59,442 nucleotides of DNA, taken from NCBI GenBank assembly GCA_027487625.1, contig JAIYDG010000144.1:1-59442 (forward strand). The letters run 5' to 3'. Of this stretch, positions 1 to 9,149 are shown piece after piece; position 1 is the stretch's first letter, and the number at the start of each line of letters is the position of its first letter. Under the pieces are notes generated by a model. It was given only the letters and a program-made list of their open reading frames with translations. It did no database searches and was not told where the DNA came from. This DNA comes from Bacteroidota bacterium (lineage in GTDB: Bacteria > Bacteroidota > Bacteroidia > UKL13-3). Both the position numbers and the translations under genes were made by a program.

Positions 1-396
1 GCAAAACGCACAAGACTAGGCTTAGTAAATGAAGGTGCAGCCAAAATGATATACAGTGCATCACTAACTAATTTTGGCATGTATAATTGTGACCGTTTTA
101 GCACTACTCCGCCAGCCATGATGGTTTACATTGAAATTCCATTTAATGAAGAAGCACAAATTTATTTCCAGATTAAAGGAGAAAAAAGTTTGGTTTTTGC
201 TTATAGAGATGCTAAAGGATATAATATAAGGTTGCCAAAAAACAAGGAAGTTAACGTAATCATGATGAGTTTCGATAAAAATTTAGGACCATTATTTTTA
301 AAGGAAACAAAGAAATTTAGCTCAAACGAAAAACTAGAATTAAAGCCCGAACCATTCAATTTGAAGGAAATTAAAACGGCATTGGCTGCATTGTAG
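1..396 (+). CDS. 3' end of an unidentified protein (partial, open from base 1)
   Basis: The frame of ORF 46..396 stays open back to base 1. The stop is at 394-396 and a hairpin terminator follows. No family recognised. Confidence 0.4.
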   Translation, partial: AKRTRLGLVNEGAAKMIYSASLTNFGMYNCDRFSTTPPAMMVYIEIPFNEEAQIYFQIKGEKSLVFAYRDAKGYNIRLPKNKEVNVIMMSFDKNLGPLFLKETKKFSSNEKLELKPEPFNLKEIKTALAAL

Positions 397-490
397 ATGA
401 ATAGAGTTTATATAAAAAACCAAATTGAATAATTAGACAAATAAACTTAAAGCAAATAAATACATTTCAAGAGCAGCTTTAAGTAGAAAA

Positions 491-528
491 AAGAGGCTGT
501 TTCAAATGATGAAACAGCCTCTTTTTTA
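491..528 (+). terminator. Rho-independent terminator hairpin
   Basis: AAGAGGCTGTTTC / GAAACAGCCTCTT 13-bp stem with a 7-nt loop, followed by a T-run. An A-run lies upstream, so it could act in both directions. Confidence 0.6.
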
Positions 529-785
529 TTTGGACAGGTATATGAAGAAAATTCTTTTATTCGATTCTAACGCCCTTCATTTTGACTTTTGATACAGCCT
601 CATTTTTAAAGATTGTAAAGATGAAAGCTAACTGGAAGAATAAAAGTTTGTAAATAGTGATGGAATTTGGCGAAAAAGCGGATTTAAAGTAGTAAACTAA
701 TCAGCCAGAACTGAACCTTGCAAGATGATTAAAACTTCATCTTAAAACAGAAGCCACCTTTTGCCAAACATATATTCAAGCTAAT

Positions 786-1607
786 TTATTTCTCTGCTCT
801 TAATCTTTCAATTTGTTCGATAGTTAATTCCGTAAAATCGGATATTTGTTCGTTTGTATGATTAGCTTTAATTAGTTTTCTAGCAATGTCTTCAGCTTTT
901 TTTCTAATTGCAAATTTTAATCTACCTCTATCGTCTTGCTCTCTTATTAAAACGTAATCATAAGCTTCTAATTCTGCTTTTGTCCAATTATGTTTGTCTG
1001 CACTTTCATAAGCAGATTTTAACCCTTCGTCTTTTAAGTTCTCTGGAATTACATCAAGATTTTCTACGTTTTTAATAAAGTAAACCCATTGGTCAATTAT
1101 ACTTTCGAGCTCATTTTCTTTCTTGTTGAATTTTGGAAGTTCTATAAAGTTAAATTCAATATCCTTTAAATAATTTTCATTCGTTTCGGTATCAACAATT
1201 TTATGTCTATTTATGTAACTAGGATTTTTTGTTACTTCAAAATCTAAAATTCCAATAAAGTAAGTTGGATTCAGATTTTCGTACTGGTCACCTCTTTCTA
1301 TTTGTGCCGAATAACTTTTAGATGCATAATATAAAACACGTTTATCAAAACCGTCTACTTCTGCGACTTGCATTTCCACAATATAAGTTTTATCGTTTTG
1401 GTCTTTCGCTTTTACATCAACAATTGTTACTTTCCCTCCCTTCAAATCGGGTAGCTGATAGGGTGTTAAAATATCTACATTTACGATTTTATGATTTTCT
1501 TGAAGCAATAAAACTGCGTTTAGGAAAGAAATTAATACTTCCTTCCTGTTCTCATTTCCAAATATTTTCCGAAATGCAACATCATTTTTTATGTCTACAA
1601 ATTTCAT
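786..1607 (-). CDS. Rpn-family recombination-promoting nuclease / PD-(D/E)XK putative transposase
   Basis: 273-aa ORF. The N-terminus MKFVDIKNDVAFRKIFGNE..., the D..V...E.Q nuclease core (IVDVKAKD...YIVEMQV) and the ~270-aa length are typical of this family. Confidence 0.8.
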   Translation of the reverse strand: MKFVDIKNDVAFRKIFGNENRKEVLISFLNAVLLLQENHKIVNVDILTPYQLPDLKGGKVTIVDVKAKDQNDKTYIVEMQVAEVDGFDKRVLYYASKSYSAQIERGDQYENLNPTYFIGILDFEVTKNPSYINRHKIVDTETNENYLKDIEFNFIELPKFNKKENELESIIDQWVYFIKNVENLDVIPENLKDEGLKSAYESADKHNWTKAELEAYDYVLIREQDDRGRLKFAIRKKAEDIARKLIKANHTNEQISDFTELTIEQIERLRAEK

Positions 1608-1727
1608 AATGCGAATTTATGAAATTCTATCTCATTTACTGTTTTCTAAATGTTGTGATGTCTCAATTAAAAATCGTTTAACTGACAGATACATTTATTA
1701 AAGCTAGAAATTCAAAAATTAAATTGC

Positions 1728-1752
1728 ACAAAAAAACCAGCCGAAGCTGGTT
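1728..1752 (-). terminator. Terminator of the initiator tRNA gene
   Basis: AACCAGC-CGAA-GCTGGTT hairpin immediately 3' of the tRNA on the minus strand, followed by a U7 run in that orientation. Confidence 0.6.
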
Positions 1753-1762
1753 TCTTTTTTTG

Positions 1763-1834
<72 letters not shown>

Positions 1835-1845
1835 ATTTAGGGATG

Positions 1846-1876
1846 CAAAAATAGGAATAATTTCGGATTCTGCAAA
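1846..1876 (-). promoter_or_regulatory. Bacteroidota sigma-A type promoter for tRNA-fMet
   Basis: The minus strand reads TTTG-N19-TATTTTTG, a perfect match to -33 TTTG / -7 TAnnTTTG with the optimal 19-nt spacer. It ends ~11 nt upstream of the tRNA 5' end. Confidence 0.55.
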
Positions 1877-2204
1877 CTAATTTACAAAATATATCCAATA
1901 GTCTGTATACCAGTCCAATAATCAGACTTCATGAAAAAAAAATCAGTGATTTTAACCTAAACAGAACTAGCTTAACTTTAAATTTTTCCGGATCATTAAC
2001 ACAAAAACTTAAGCCCTTACGAGGGCTTTTTCATTTTTACTCCAATGGGAAAATTCTGCAACTAATTTATTTAATCTCCGAAATTCCAAAAGATTTATGT
2101 TGGATTTGCTTCTAATAAATAAAACTCCTATAAGCAATTCATTTCTTCAAGGTGAATTCTATGAACTAAAGTCTTTAGTAGTAAATTCGTTCTAAATTTG
2201 CACT

Positions 2205-2726
2205 ATGAAACTAAATGATTTAATTAAAACCAATAATTGGCTGAGTCTTCAAAATACTTTTCTGAGCTTATATCCAGATGAGGAACATTTATTGGATGAA
2301 TACAAAAATGTGTTTGAAAAGCTCCAAAATTTGGAATCTACAAATATGGATCTGGAGATTGTTCTAACCAAAATAGGTTCAGAAGAATCCGATTTTTATA
2401 TTGATGTTTCCGGATGCGAAATAAATCATGACCAAAATTCAAGTTCTAATAGTTATTCATTAGCATCCACCAAATGGAACGAATGGATTGGAATGAATAT
2501 TAGTCAAAGCACATTGAATGAATTTAATGAATTAGAAATCATTTCACATTGTCTTTATGAAATGACATTTTTCGCATTTGATGAGGATGAAATACAGGAG
2601 CAATTAGCTTCACTTGAAAAATCAATGGAAGAATACAAGGAATTAAGCGATGAAGAAAAGAAATCCCAAACTTTTACTCTTGATGAATTATTAAAAAAAA
2701 CAGATGAAGATCCGGATGAAAACTAG
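2205..2726 (+). CDS. Hypothetical cytoplasmic protein with acidic C-terminus
   Basis: 173-aa ORF with no overlapping competitor. The ATG lies 4 nt after a TAAATTTG -7-like box. No family recognised. Confidence 0.55.
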   Translation: MKLNDLIKTNNWLSLQNTFLSLYPDEEHLLDEYKNVFEKLQNLESTNMDLEIVLTKIGSEESDFYIDVSGCEINHDQNSSSNSYSLASTKWNEWIGMNISQSTLNEFNELEIISHCLYEMTFFAFDEDEIQEQLASLEKSMEEYKELSDEEKKSQTFTLDELLKKTDEDPDEN

Positions 2727-2746
2727 CCCGCTTTTTGCTCTAATTC

Positions 2747-3328
2747 CTACCCATGAACAGTCTCTTTCTTTCCGTAATTTCTGATGATACTGTCTTCGTA
2801 GTTAATCCATTCTTGCCATCTTTTTTCAATATCTAATTCTCCGCAATACTTTCTGGCATAACCTAAAAACGTTGTATAATGTCCGGCTTCACTTACCATT
2901 AAATCGTGGTAGAATTTGGCTAGTTCTTTGTCCTGAATGTTCTGTGATAATACTTTAAATCTTTCACAACTTCTGGCTTCAATCATGGCAGAAAACAATA
3001 ATCTATCTAAAAACGATTGCTGTCTGCTTCCATCTTTCTTTAAAAACTTAACCAAATCGTTTACATAATCGTCTTTTCTTTCTCTACCCAATTTCAATCC
3101 TCTAGCTTTAATAAGTTCATGAACTTGGTTAAAATGTTCAATTTCTTCTTTAGCAATCCCAAGTAAATCTGTTACCAAATCTTGGTGGTCTGAGTTTTGT
3201 GTAATGATTGTAATGGCATTGGTTGCAGCCTTTTGCTCACACCAAGCATGATCCGTTAAAATCTCTTCTATATTCGATTCAACAATATTTACCCAGCGAG
3301 GGTCGGTACTTAATTTTAATCCTAACAT
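2747..3328 (-). CDS. miaE: tRNA-(ms2io6A37)-hydroxylase MiaE (ferritin-like di-iron)
   Basis: 193-aa ORF. The N-terminus LGLKLSTDPRWVNIVESNIEEILTDHAWCEQKAA and the E..H di-iron motifs (EEIEHF, SEAGHY) are characteristic of MiaE. Confidence 0.8.
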   Translation of the reverse strand: MLGLKLSTDPRWVNIVESNIEEILTDHAWCEQKAATNAITIITQNSDHQDLVTDLLGIAKEEIEHFNQVHELIKARGLKLGRERKDDYVNDLVKFLKKDGSRQQSFLDRLLFSAMIEARSCERFKVLSQNIQDKELAKFYHDLMVSEAGHYTTFLGYARKYCGELDIEKRWQEWINYEDSIIRNYGKKETVHG

Positions 3329-3396
3329 ATGCCGCCAAATTTACCCCTTTTCAATTTCAAAAAAGCAATCAGTTTATTTCTTTTATTTGTGGCTGC

Positions 3397-4638
3397 ATGA
3401 TTTCAAACCCTCTTTTACTCATAATCGGCTCTGTTTGGCCTGAACCTAATTCTTCTGCTGCAGGGTATAGAATGATGCAAATCATCGAATCTTTTCAAAC
3501 AAATAACTGGAAAATACACTTCGTTAGCACAGCTGCAGATTCCGCTTATAAATTTCCTTTAGAAACAATCAATATCGACTATTCAATTGTTCAGCTAAAT
3601 CATTCTTCTTTTGATGATTTTATCAAAAAACTAAATCCAAATATTGTATTGTTTGATAGATTTATGGTAGAAGAACAATTTGGATGGAGGGTTTCTGAAA
3701 ATTGTCCGGATGCCCTTAAAATACTTGATACGGAAGATTTACACTTTTTACGAAATGCACGTCAAATAGCCTTTAAAGAAAAAAGAGAGTTGACAGAAAA
3801 CGATTTATTTTCTGATTTAACAAAGAGAGAAATTGCATCTATTTATCGCTGTGATTTTTCCATTATCATTTCAGAATATGAAATGAATTTGCTTAAATCA
3901 AACTTTAATATCCCAGAACAAATTCTACTTTATCTACCTCTGTCATTTGATGCCAAAAATATCAAACATGGCTTTTCTTTTAATCATAGAAAAGATTTCT
4001 TTTTTATCGGCAATTTTTACCATGAACCCAATAAACAAACAGTTCAAATTTTAAAGGAAAAAATCTGGCCATTGCTAAAGAAAAAACTACCTGATGCAGA
4101 ATTGCATATTTATGGAGCTTATGTTTCGGAACATTTTTTAAACTTAAGCAATGAAAAAAGTGGATTTATTGTAAAAGGAAGAGCTGAAAACTCAGAAGAA
4201 CTTTTCTTAAAATACAGATGTCTATTGGCTCCTATTCCTTTTGGTGCGGGATTAAAAGGAAAAATTCTTGAATCGATGTTGTATTCATGCCCTTTTATCA
4301 CAACAGATATTGGTGCTGAAGGCATTTTAGATTCAAAAATTTTTAAGGATTTTATTCAAAATAATCCAGAAAACTTAATTGAATCGGCTTTTGATTTATA
4401 TACCAATGAAGTTAAATGGAATGATGCCATTCAATTGGGCCATCATTGCATCAGAAACAAGTTTAATGCTGAAACTTTTAAAACCACTTTGATTGACAAA
4501 ACAAACTTTGTTATTCAAAATAGAATCGAACTAAGAAAATTGAATTTTATTGGTCAATTGCTTCAAACAGAATTCAATCAAAGCAAAAAATATCTATCAA
4601 AATGGATTGAACTTAAATCTTCCAATTCATCCGAATAA
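3397..4638 (+). CDS. Glycosyltransferase (GT-B fold, family 1/4-like)
   Basis: The ORF track starts at 3223 and would overlap miaE. The ATG at 3397 (MISNPLLLIIGSVWPEP...) removes that overlap. The C-terminal half carries a GT1-type sugar-donor motif (PFGAGLKGKILESMLYSCPFITTDIGAEG). Confidence 0.7.
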   Translation: MISNPLLLIIGSVWPEPNSSAAGYRMMQIIESFQTNNWKIHFVSTAADSAYKFPLETINIDYSIVQLNHSSFDDFIKKLNPNIVLFDRFMVEEQFGWRVSENCPDALKILDTEDLHFLRNARQIAFKEKRELTENDLFSDLTKREIASIYRCDFSIIISEYEMNLLKSNFNIPEQILLYLPLSFDAKNIKHGFSFNHRKDFFFIGNFYHEPNKQTVQILKEKIWPLLKKKLPDAELHIYGAYVSEHFLNLSNEKSGFIVKGRAENSEELFLKYRCLLAPIPFGAGLKGKILESMLYSCPFITTDIGAEGILDSKIFKDFIQNNPENLIESAFDLYTNEVKWNDAIQLGHHCIRNKFNAETFKTTLIDKTNFVIQNRIELRKLNFIGQLLQTEFNQSKKYLSKWIELKSSNSSE

Positions 4639-4648
4639 CAAACAAATC

Positions 4649-5062
4649 CTACTTGTGTTTATCCCAATATTTTTTACCATAAGCACAAAAAATCTCTTCG
4701 CCCGCTTTGATTTTTCTTTTGGCAACCAGACAAATTTTATTGGTATCCTCTAATTTGATAATGGCATTATTGGTAAAATCAGATTTTGAAAAACCATCGG
4801 CATCATTCGCATATTTCGCAAAACAATCAGTTAATGATGTATCGAAAACAGAACCATTAGGCAAGTTCATGAAGTAACGGTCTTCTTTTTTCAAAACCCT
4901 GATTTTAGCTTGTTTTTGACTTAAAACCTCGCCTTTAAAAATTGAGATAATTTCATCTTTATAAATATCAATAGCTGTGAACAATCCCAATCCAGCACCT
5001 GAAATATTTGATTCCTGTATGAATAAATAATCCCTTTCCTCACTATCTATCGACTGATCCAT
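4649..5062 (-). CDS. SET-domain protein (putative lysine methyltransferase)
   Basis: 137-aa ORF with ISGAGLGLFT...IYKDEII..FKGEV, YANDADG and IKAGEEIFCAYG motifs arranged as in minimal SET domains. Confidence 0.65.
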   Translation of the reverse strand: MDQSIDSEERDYLFIQESNISGAGLGLFTAIDIYKDEIISIFKGEVLSQKQAKIRVLKKEDRYFMNLPNGSVFDTSLTDCFAKYANDADGFSKSDFTNNAIIKLEDTNKICLVAKRKIKAGEEIFCAYGKKYWDKHK

Positions 5063-5190
5063 GCGCTAAATATCAATATTTCTTCAAAAAAATCAAAGGA
5101 ATTAAAAAAATTCAATCGTTCACTTTGCAAAACTATCAACCAAAAAACAAGACAAATGGTTTATTAATTGATTTTAATAGTTGAAAATAA

Positions 5191-5442
5191 ATGTCAATTT
5201 GCAGTATGCCTAATTCCGCTAAAGAAAATATCAGAATCTTGAGTTTAATCATCATCAGTTTGATTATTATTTTCATTGGCATAATCATGATGTTATCTGG
5301 AAACGATACGAATCCTTATACATCATTGGATTTAGGCCCAAGTTTGCAATTAAAAATCAGTAATACACAGCAATTATTGGTAGGTGGAATTTGTTTTGCT
5401 TCAGTGATAGTATTGTTCGGAAAACGAAATCAGCATCACTAA
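5191..5442 (+). CDS. Small membrane protein (two predicted TM helices)
   Basis: 83-aa ORF with hydrophobic stretches ILSLIIISLIIIFIGIIMML and LLVGGICFASVIVLF. The true start may be ATG 5206, 4 nt after a TTTG box. Confidence 0.4.
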   Translation: MSICSMPNSAKENIRILSLIIISLIIIFIGIIMMLSGNDTNPYTSLDLGPSLQLKISNTQQLLVGGICFASVIVLFGKRNQHH

Positions 5443-5466
5443 AGAAATATTCCTTTTCTTTGCAGT

Positions 5467-6348
5467 ATGTCATTTAAATCTGGATTTGTTGCCATTATAG
5501 GCAAACCCAATGTGGGAAAATCAACCTTACTCAATGCAATACTTGGGGAGAAACTTTCGATTGCCACTCAAAAAGCACAAACTACACGTCACCGTATCAA
5601 GGGAATTTATAATACACCTGAATGTCAGATTGTATTTTCCGATACCCCCGGAATCATTGAGCCTAAATACAAACTTCAGGGCAGTATGATGAAATTTGTG
5701 AATGAAAGTTTAGCAGATTGTGACCTGGTTTTATTTATGACAGATTTCAATGACTACAATGAAGAACCTGAACTTATTGAAAAACTTAAACTCATTCAAA
5801 CTCCTGTAATTTGTATCATTAACAAAATTGATGAGCACAGTCAGGAAGAAGTTGTAGCTAAAATTGAATTTTGGAAAAAGCTTGAAATCTTTAAAGAAAT
5901 TATTCCTGCTTCGGCAAGTAATCAGTTTAATATGGACATCATTCTAAAATCATTGATGGAATATTTACCTGTTGGAGCTCCATTTTACGACCAAGACCAA
6001 TTAACAGATAAAAGTGAAAGATTTGTTGCTTCTGAAATCATCAGAGAAAAAATCTTATTGAGATACAAAGAAGAAATTCCTTACTCGGTTCAGGTAGAAA
6101 TTGAGAGTTTTAAAGAAGAAGAAAAAATAATTAGAATAAGCGCAGTAATTTATGTGATGCGCGCTTCGCAAAAAATAATCATGATTGGAAAAGGTGGAAT
6201 TGCCATTAAAAACATGGGAATTGCAGCTCGTCGTGATTTAGAATTATTCTTCAAAAAACAAATATTCCTTCAAACCTTTGTGAAGGTAAAAGAAGATTGG
6301 AGAGACAACGATAGAACCCTAAAACAATTTGGTTACGAGACTGAATAA
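5467..6348 (+). CDS. era: GTPase Era
   Basis: 293 aa. G1 GKPNVGKST, G3 DTPG and G4 NKID motifs, plus a C-terminal KH-domain region. Confidence 0.95.
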   Translation: MSFKSGFVAIIGKPNVGKSTLLNAILGEKLSIATQKAQTTRHRIKGIYNTPECQIVFSDTPGIIEPKYKLQGSMMKFVNESLADCDLVLFMTDFNDYNEEPELIEKLKLIQTPVICIINKIDEHSQEEVVAKIEFWKKLEIFKEIIPASASNQFNMDIILKSLMEYLPVGAPFYDQDQLTDKSERFVASEIIREKILLRYKEEIPYSVQVEIESFKEEEKIIRISAVIYVMRASQKIIMIGKGGIAIKNMGIAARRDLELFFKKQIFLQTFVKVKEDWRDNDRTLKQFGYETE

Positions 6349-6443
6349 GCCTCATTTTCAATAGTTTTTAATTAGTTAGCTTCAAACAAATTGGCCTGAA
6401 TCCATTTAAATTCCTTAGCTTTGCAGGCTAATTTTTTTGGAGA

Positions 6444-7754
6444 GTGGGAAATATTGTTGCTATAGTTGGAAGACCAAACGTGGGTAAGTCTACCCTTTTT
6501 AATCGTATTATGGGTGACCGTAAAGCCATCGTTGATGACTTTAGCGGCGTTACCAGAGATCGTCATTACGGCAAAGCTGAATGGCAAACAAGGGAATTTG
6601 TTTTAATTGATACCGGAGGTTATGTGCCAAGCAGCGCAGATATTTTTGAAGCTGCTATTCGTGAACAAGTAAAAATCGCCATAGAAGAAGCAGATGTACT
6701 TTGCTTTATGGTGGATGTACAAACCGGAATTACTGATTTAGATTTGTCGTTTGCTGATTTATTGAGAAGAAGCAAAAAGCCTGTAATTCTTGTTACAAAC
6801 AAGGTTGACAGTTTCGAAAAGCAATATGAAGCGGCCGAATTTTACAGCTTAGGTTTTAAAGAAATGCATTTAATTTCATCAACAAGCGGAAGTGGAACCG
6901 GTGATTTATTGGATGCTATCATAAATCTGATACCTGCTGAAGATTTGGTGGAAACTGAAGAAGTAATTCTGCCCAAAATTGCTGTTGTTGGTAGACCCAA
7001 TGTTGGAAAATCATCTTTGGTTAACGCCTTATTAGGTGAAGACAGAAATATTGTAACAGAAATTGCTGGTACAACTAGAGATGCAATTCATTCTCATTAC
7101 AAATTGTATGGAAAAGAGTTAATTCTGGTTGATACTGCAGGTATTAGAAGAAAAAAGAAAGTAGAAGAAGATATTGAGTTCTACTCAGTAATGAGATCTC
7201 TTAGAGCCTTAGAAGATTGTGATGTTGCTATTTTAGTTATTGATGCTACTGTTGGTTTAGATCAACAGGATTTAAACCTAGTTAATCTTGCTGTTAAAAA
7301 CAGTAAAGGATTATTGGTTTTGGTAAATAAATGGGATTTAATTGATAAAGACACAAAAACTGCAAGAACATTTGAATTGGCAATTAAAGAAAGATTGAGA
7401 CCATTCGATGATGTGCCCGTTTTATTTATCTCTGCTATCGAAAAACAAAGAATATTCAAAGTAATTGAAGAAGCTCTTCATGTTTATGAAAATAGAACCA
7501 GAAGAATTTCAACCTCAGAATTGAATGAATTTTTTGGTGAAGTGATTGCAGCAAACCAACCTCCTTCTGTTAAAGGAAAGTTTGTTAAAATTAAATATGT
7601 CACCCAATTACCTGGTAGAAATCCAAAATTTGTAATGTTTTGTAATTTACCACAATACATAAATGAGAGCTACAAACGCTATCTAGAAAACAAATTAAGG
7701 GATGCTTATGATTTCAAAGGATGCCCAATTACAATTTATTTTAGAAAAAAATAG
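6444..7754 (+). CDS. der: Ribosome-biogenesis GTPase Der (EngA)
   Basis: 436 aa with two tandem GTPase domains (GRPNVGKS twice; DTGG and DTAG; NKVD and NKWD) and a C-terminal KH-like domain. GTG start, with a TAGCTTTG -7-like box ~20 nt upstream. Confidence 0.95.
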   Translation: MGNIVAIVGRPNVGKSTLFNRIMGDRKAIVDDFSGVTRDRHYGKAEWQTREFVLIDTGGYVPSSADIFEAAIREQVKIAIEEADVLCFMVDVQTGITDLDLSFADLLRRSKKPVILVTNKVDSFEKQYEAAEFYSLGFKEMHLISSTSGSGTGDLLDAIINLIPAEDLVETEEVILPKIAVVGRPNVGKSSLVNALLGEDRNIVTEIAGTTRDAIHSHYKLYGKELILVDTAGIRRKKKVEEDIEFYSVMRSLRALEDCDVAILVIDATVGLDQQDLNLVNLAVKNSKGLLVLVNKWDLIDKDTKTARTFELAIKERLRPFDDVPVLFISAIEKQRIFKVIEEALHVYENRTRRISTSELNEFFGEVIAANQPPSVKGKFVKIKYVTQLPGRNPKFVMFCNLPQYINESYKRYLENKLRDAYDFKGCPITIYFRKK

Positions 7755-7828
7755 ATAAGTATTTGGTAATTTGAAACTAACCGATATATTTGCACCGAAT
7801 TTTAGAAACAAATTAATTTAAAAGCAAA

Positions 7829-8056
7829 ATGAAAAAAGTATTATCAATCGTTGCTGCATCTGCTATGTTGGCTATCGTAGCTTGTGGTCCTTCAGCTGAA
7901 GAAAAAAAGAAAATGGAAGAAAAAAGAATCGCTGATAGCATCGAAGCTGCTACTCGTACTGCTGATTCTTTAGCTGCTTTAGAAGCATCTATGATGCCTG
8001 ATTCAGCTGCTGCTACAACTGATTCAGCTGCTGCTACAACTGAAGCTGCTCACTAA
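7829..8056 (+). CDS. Small Ala-rich lipoprotein
   Basis: 75 aa. Signal peptide with lipobox (LAIVAC), a charged helix, and a tandem DSAAATT DSAAATT tail encoded by a perfect 21-bp duplication. Confidence 0.6.
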   Translation: MKKVLSIVAASAMLAIVACGPSAEEKKKMEEKRIADSIEAATRTADSLAALEASMMPDSAAATTDSAAATTEAAH

Positions 8057-8081
8057 TCTTTAGTAGATCAGAATTGAAAAA

Positions 8082-8113
8082 AGAGTGTCGAAGTTTCGAC
8101 ACTCTTTTTTTTT
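8082..8113 (+). terminator. Rho-independent terminator
   Basis: AGAGTGTCGAA / TTCGACACTCT stem followed by a 9-10 nt T-run. Confidence 0.7.
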
Positions 8114-8265
8114 AACAAGCCGATTCTCCCTTCAGTTCTTCCTTTTTTTAGGAAAATTCACAAAAAAAGTAGAAAAACAGGGAAAAAATTATTCAGTAAA
8201 GAAGAAAATATTTGCAGAGATAAAAATTCCCCTTATCTTCGCAGTCCTTAAAAAATTTAGACGTC

Positions 8266-8427
8266 ATGGCACAACCAACCTATAACCCATCAATCAGAAA
8301 AAGAAGAAACAAACATGGATTCCGTGAAAGAATGGCTAGTGCCTCCGGTAGAAAAGTTTTGGCTTCTAGAAGAGCTCGTGGTCGTAAAAAATTAACCGTT
8401 TCAGACGAAAAGCGTCACAAAAAATAA
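8266..8427 (+). CDS. rpmH: 50S ribosomal protein L34
   Basis: Below the ORF-track size cutoff. ATG 8266 to TAA 8425-8427 gives [53 protein letters not shown], which has the L34 core signature. It lies directly upstream of rnpA. Confidence 0.9.
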   Translation: MAQPTYNPSIRKRRNKHGFRERMASASGRKVLASRRARGRKKLTVSDEKRHKK

Positions 8428-8474
8428 TTGAGTCTTTTCTCAATTAACGCTATTTGTTTAAGCGAATAAAATTG

Positions 8475-8500
8475 AATCCGGTTATGCCGGATTTTTTTTT
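8475..8500 (+). terminator. Terminator/attenuator between rpmH and rnpA
   Basis: AATCCGG-TTATG-CCGGATT hairpin plus a T9 run that ends 2 nt before the rnpA start. Confidence 0.7.
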
Positions 8501-8502
8501 GC

Positions 8503-8901
8503 ATGGAAGAGTACAAACTTACAAAAGCAGAAAGGCTCTCGAATAGAAGTCATATTGATGCCTTGTTTAAAAAAGGCAATCCCTCTTTCCATGCCGCTCC
8601 TTTTCGTTTTGTATGGATTAAACCTGAAACATCTGAAGTCGATTCATTTTGCCAAATCATAATTATTTGCCCTAAAAAAAGGTATAAAAGAGCGCATACC
8701 AGAAATAGAATTCGCAGACAAATCAGAGAAATCTATCGGCAGAATAAAAATCCTCTGCTCGAAAAATTAAAATCCGTTAACAATAAAATTGCGTTGGGCA
8801 TTTTTTATCAGGGTGCAGATGAAATGGATTTTCAAATAACTAAGGATATCTTTGTGAGTGCTTTGTTAAAATTAGCATCCAATTTTGAAAAAAATACTTA
8901 G
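8503..8901 (+). CDS. rnpA: Ribonuclease P protein component
   Basis: 132-aa basic protein (KLTKAERL..., [13 protein letters not shown]-like motif) in the conserved position after rpmH. Confidence 0.85.
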   Translation: MEEYKLTKAERLSNRSHIDALFKKGNPSFHAAPFRFVWIKPETSEVDSFCQIIIICPKKRYKRAHTRNRIRRQIREIYRQNKNPLLEKLKSVNNKIALGIFYQGADEMDFQITKDIFVSALLKLASNFEKNT

Positions 8902-9106
8902 TCTTCCATTTATTCTCTTAATTAAAGTATATCAATTACTGCTTTCTCCCCTTTTACCTAATTCATGCAGGTATACCCCAACTTGTAGTCAGTATGGTAT
9001 TGAAGCCCTAAAAAAATATGGTCCAATTAAAGGTTTATGGTTAACAATTAAGAGAATTTCTAGCTGTGGACCTTGGGGCGGACATGGTCACGATCCTGTT
9101 CCATAA
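8885..9106 (+). CDS. yidD: Membrane protein insertion efficiency factor YidD
   Basis: 73 aa with the YidD signature [30 protein letters not shown]...G. TTG start overlapping the rnpA 3' end by 17 nt. Confidence 0.9.
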   Translation: MKKILSLPFILLIKVYQLLLSPLLPNSCRYTPTCSQYGIEALKKYGPIKGLWLTIKRISSCGPWGGHGHDPVP

Positions 9107-9149
9107 ACTTAAATCTATTCCTTTATCTTATTTAATTGATATTTGTATT

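Noticed and set aside
1322-1609. 95-aa ORF antisense to the Rpn nuclease gene. The same class includes 12520..12912, 13645..13956, 32165..32509, 38380..38700, 40961..41245, 41468..41767, 41792..42151, 44558..44782 and other short ORFs nested in long CDSs.
   Set aside because: All lie entirely within, and mostly antisense to, long ORFs with clear family signatures. Their products are low-complexity, which is typical of shadow ORFs in AT-rich DNA.
3223-3396. Long N-terminal extensions proposed by the ORF track for the glycosyltransferase (3223), MBL hydrolase (9066), membrane protein (13520), PorU (22524), PorP/SprF (22526, 23756), kbl (30242), TBDR (31587), TPK (39928) and DoxX-like protein (54909).
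   Set aside because: The extensions overlap neighbouring genes or precede obvious signal peptides or conserved N-termini. Internal ATGs give non-overlapping, family-typical starts.
8085-8285. 66-aa ORF from the track.
   Set aside because: It starts inside the terminator T-run of the upstream gene, has a low-complexity product, and overlaps the true rpmH start in another frame.
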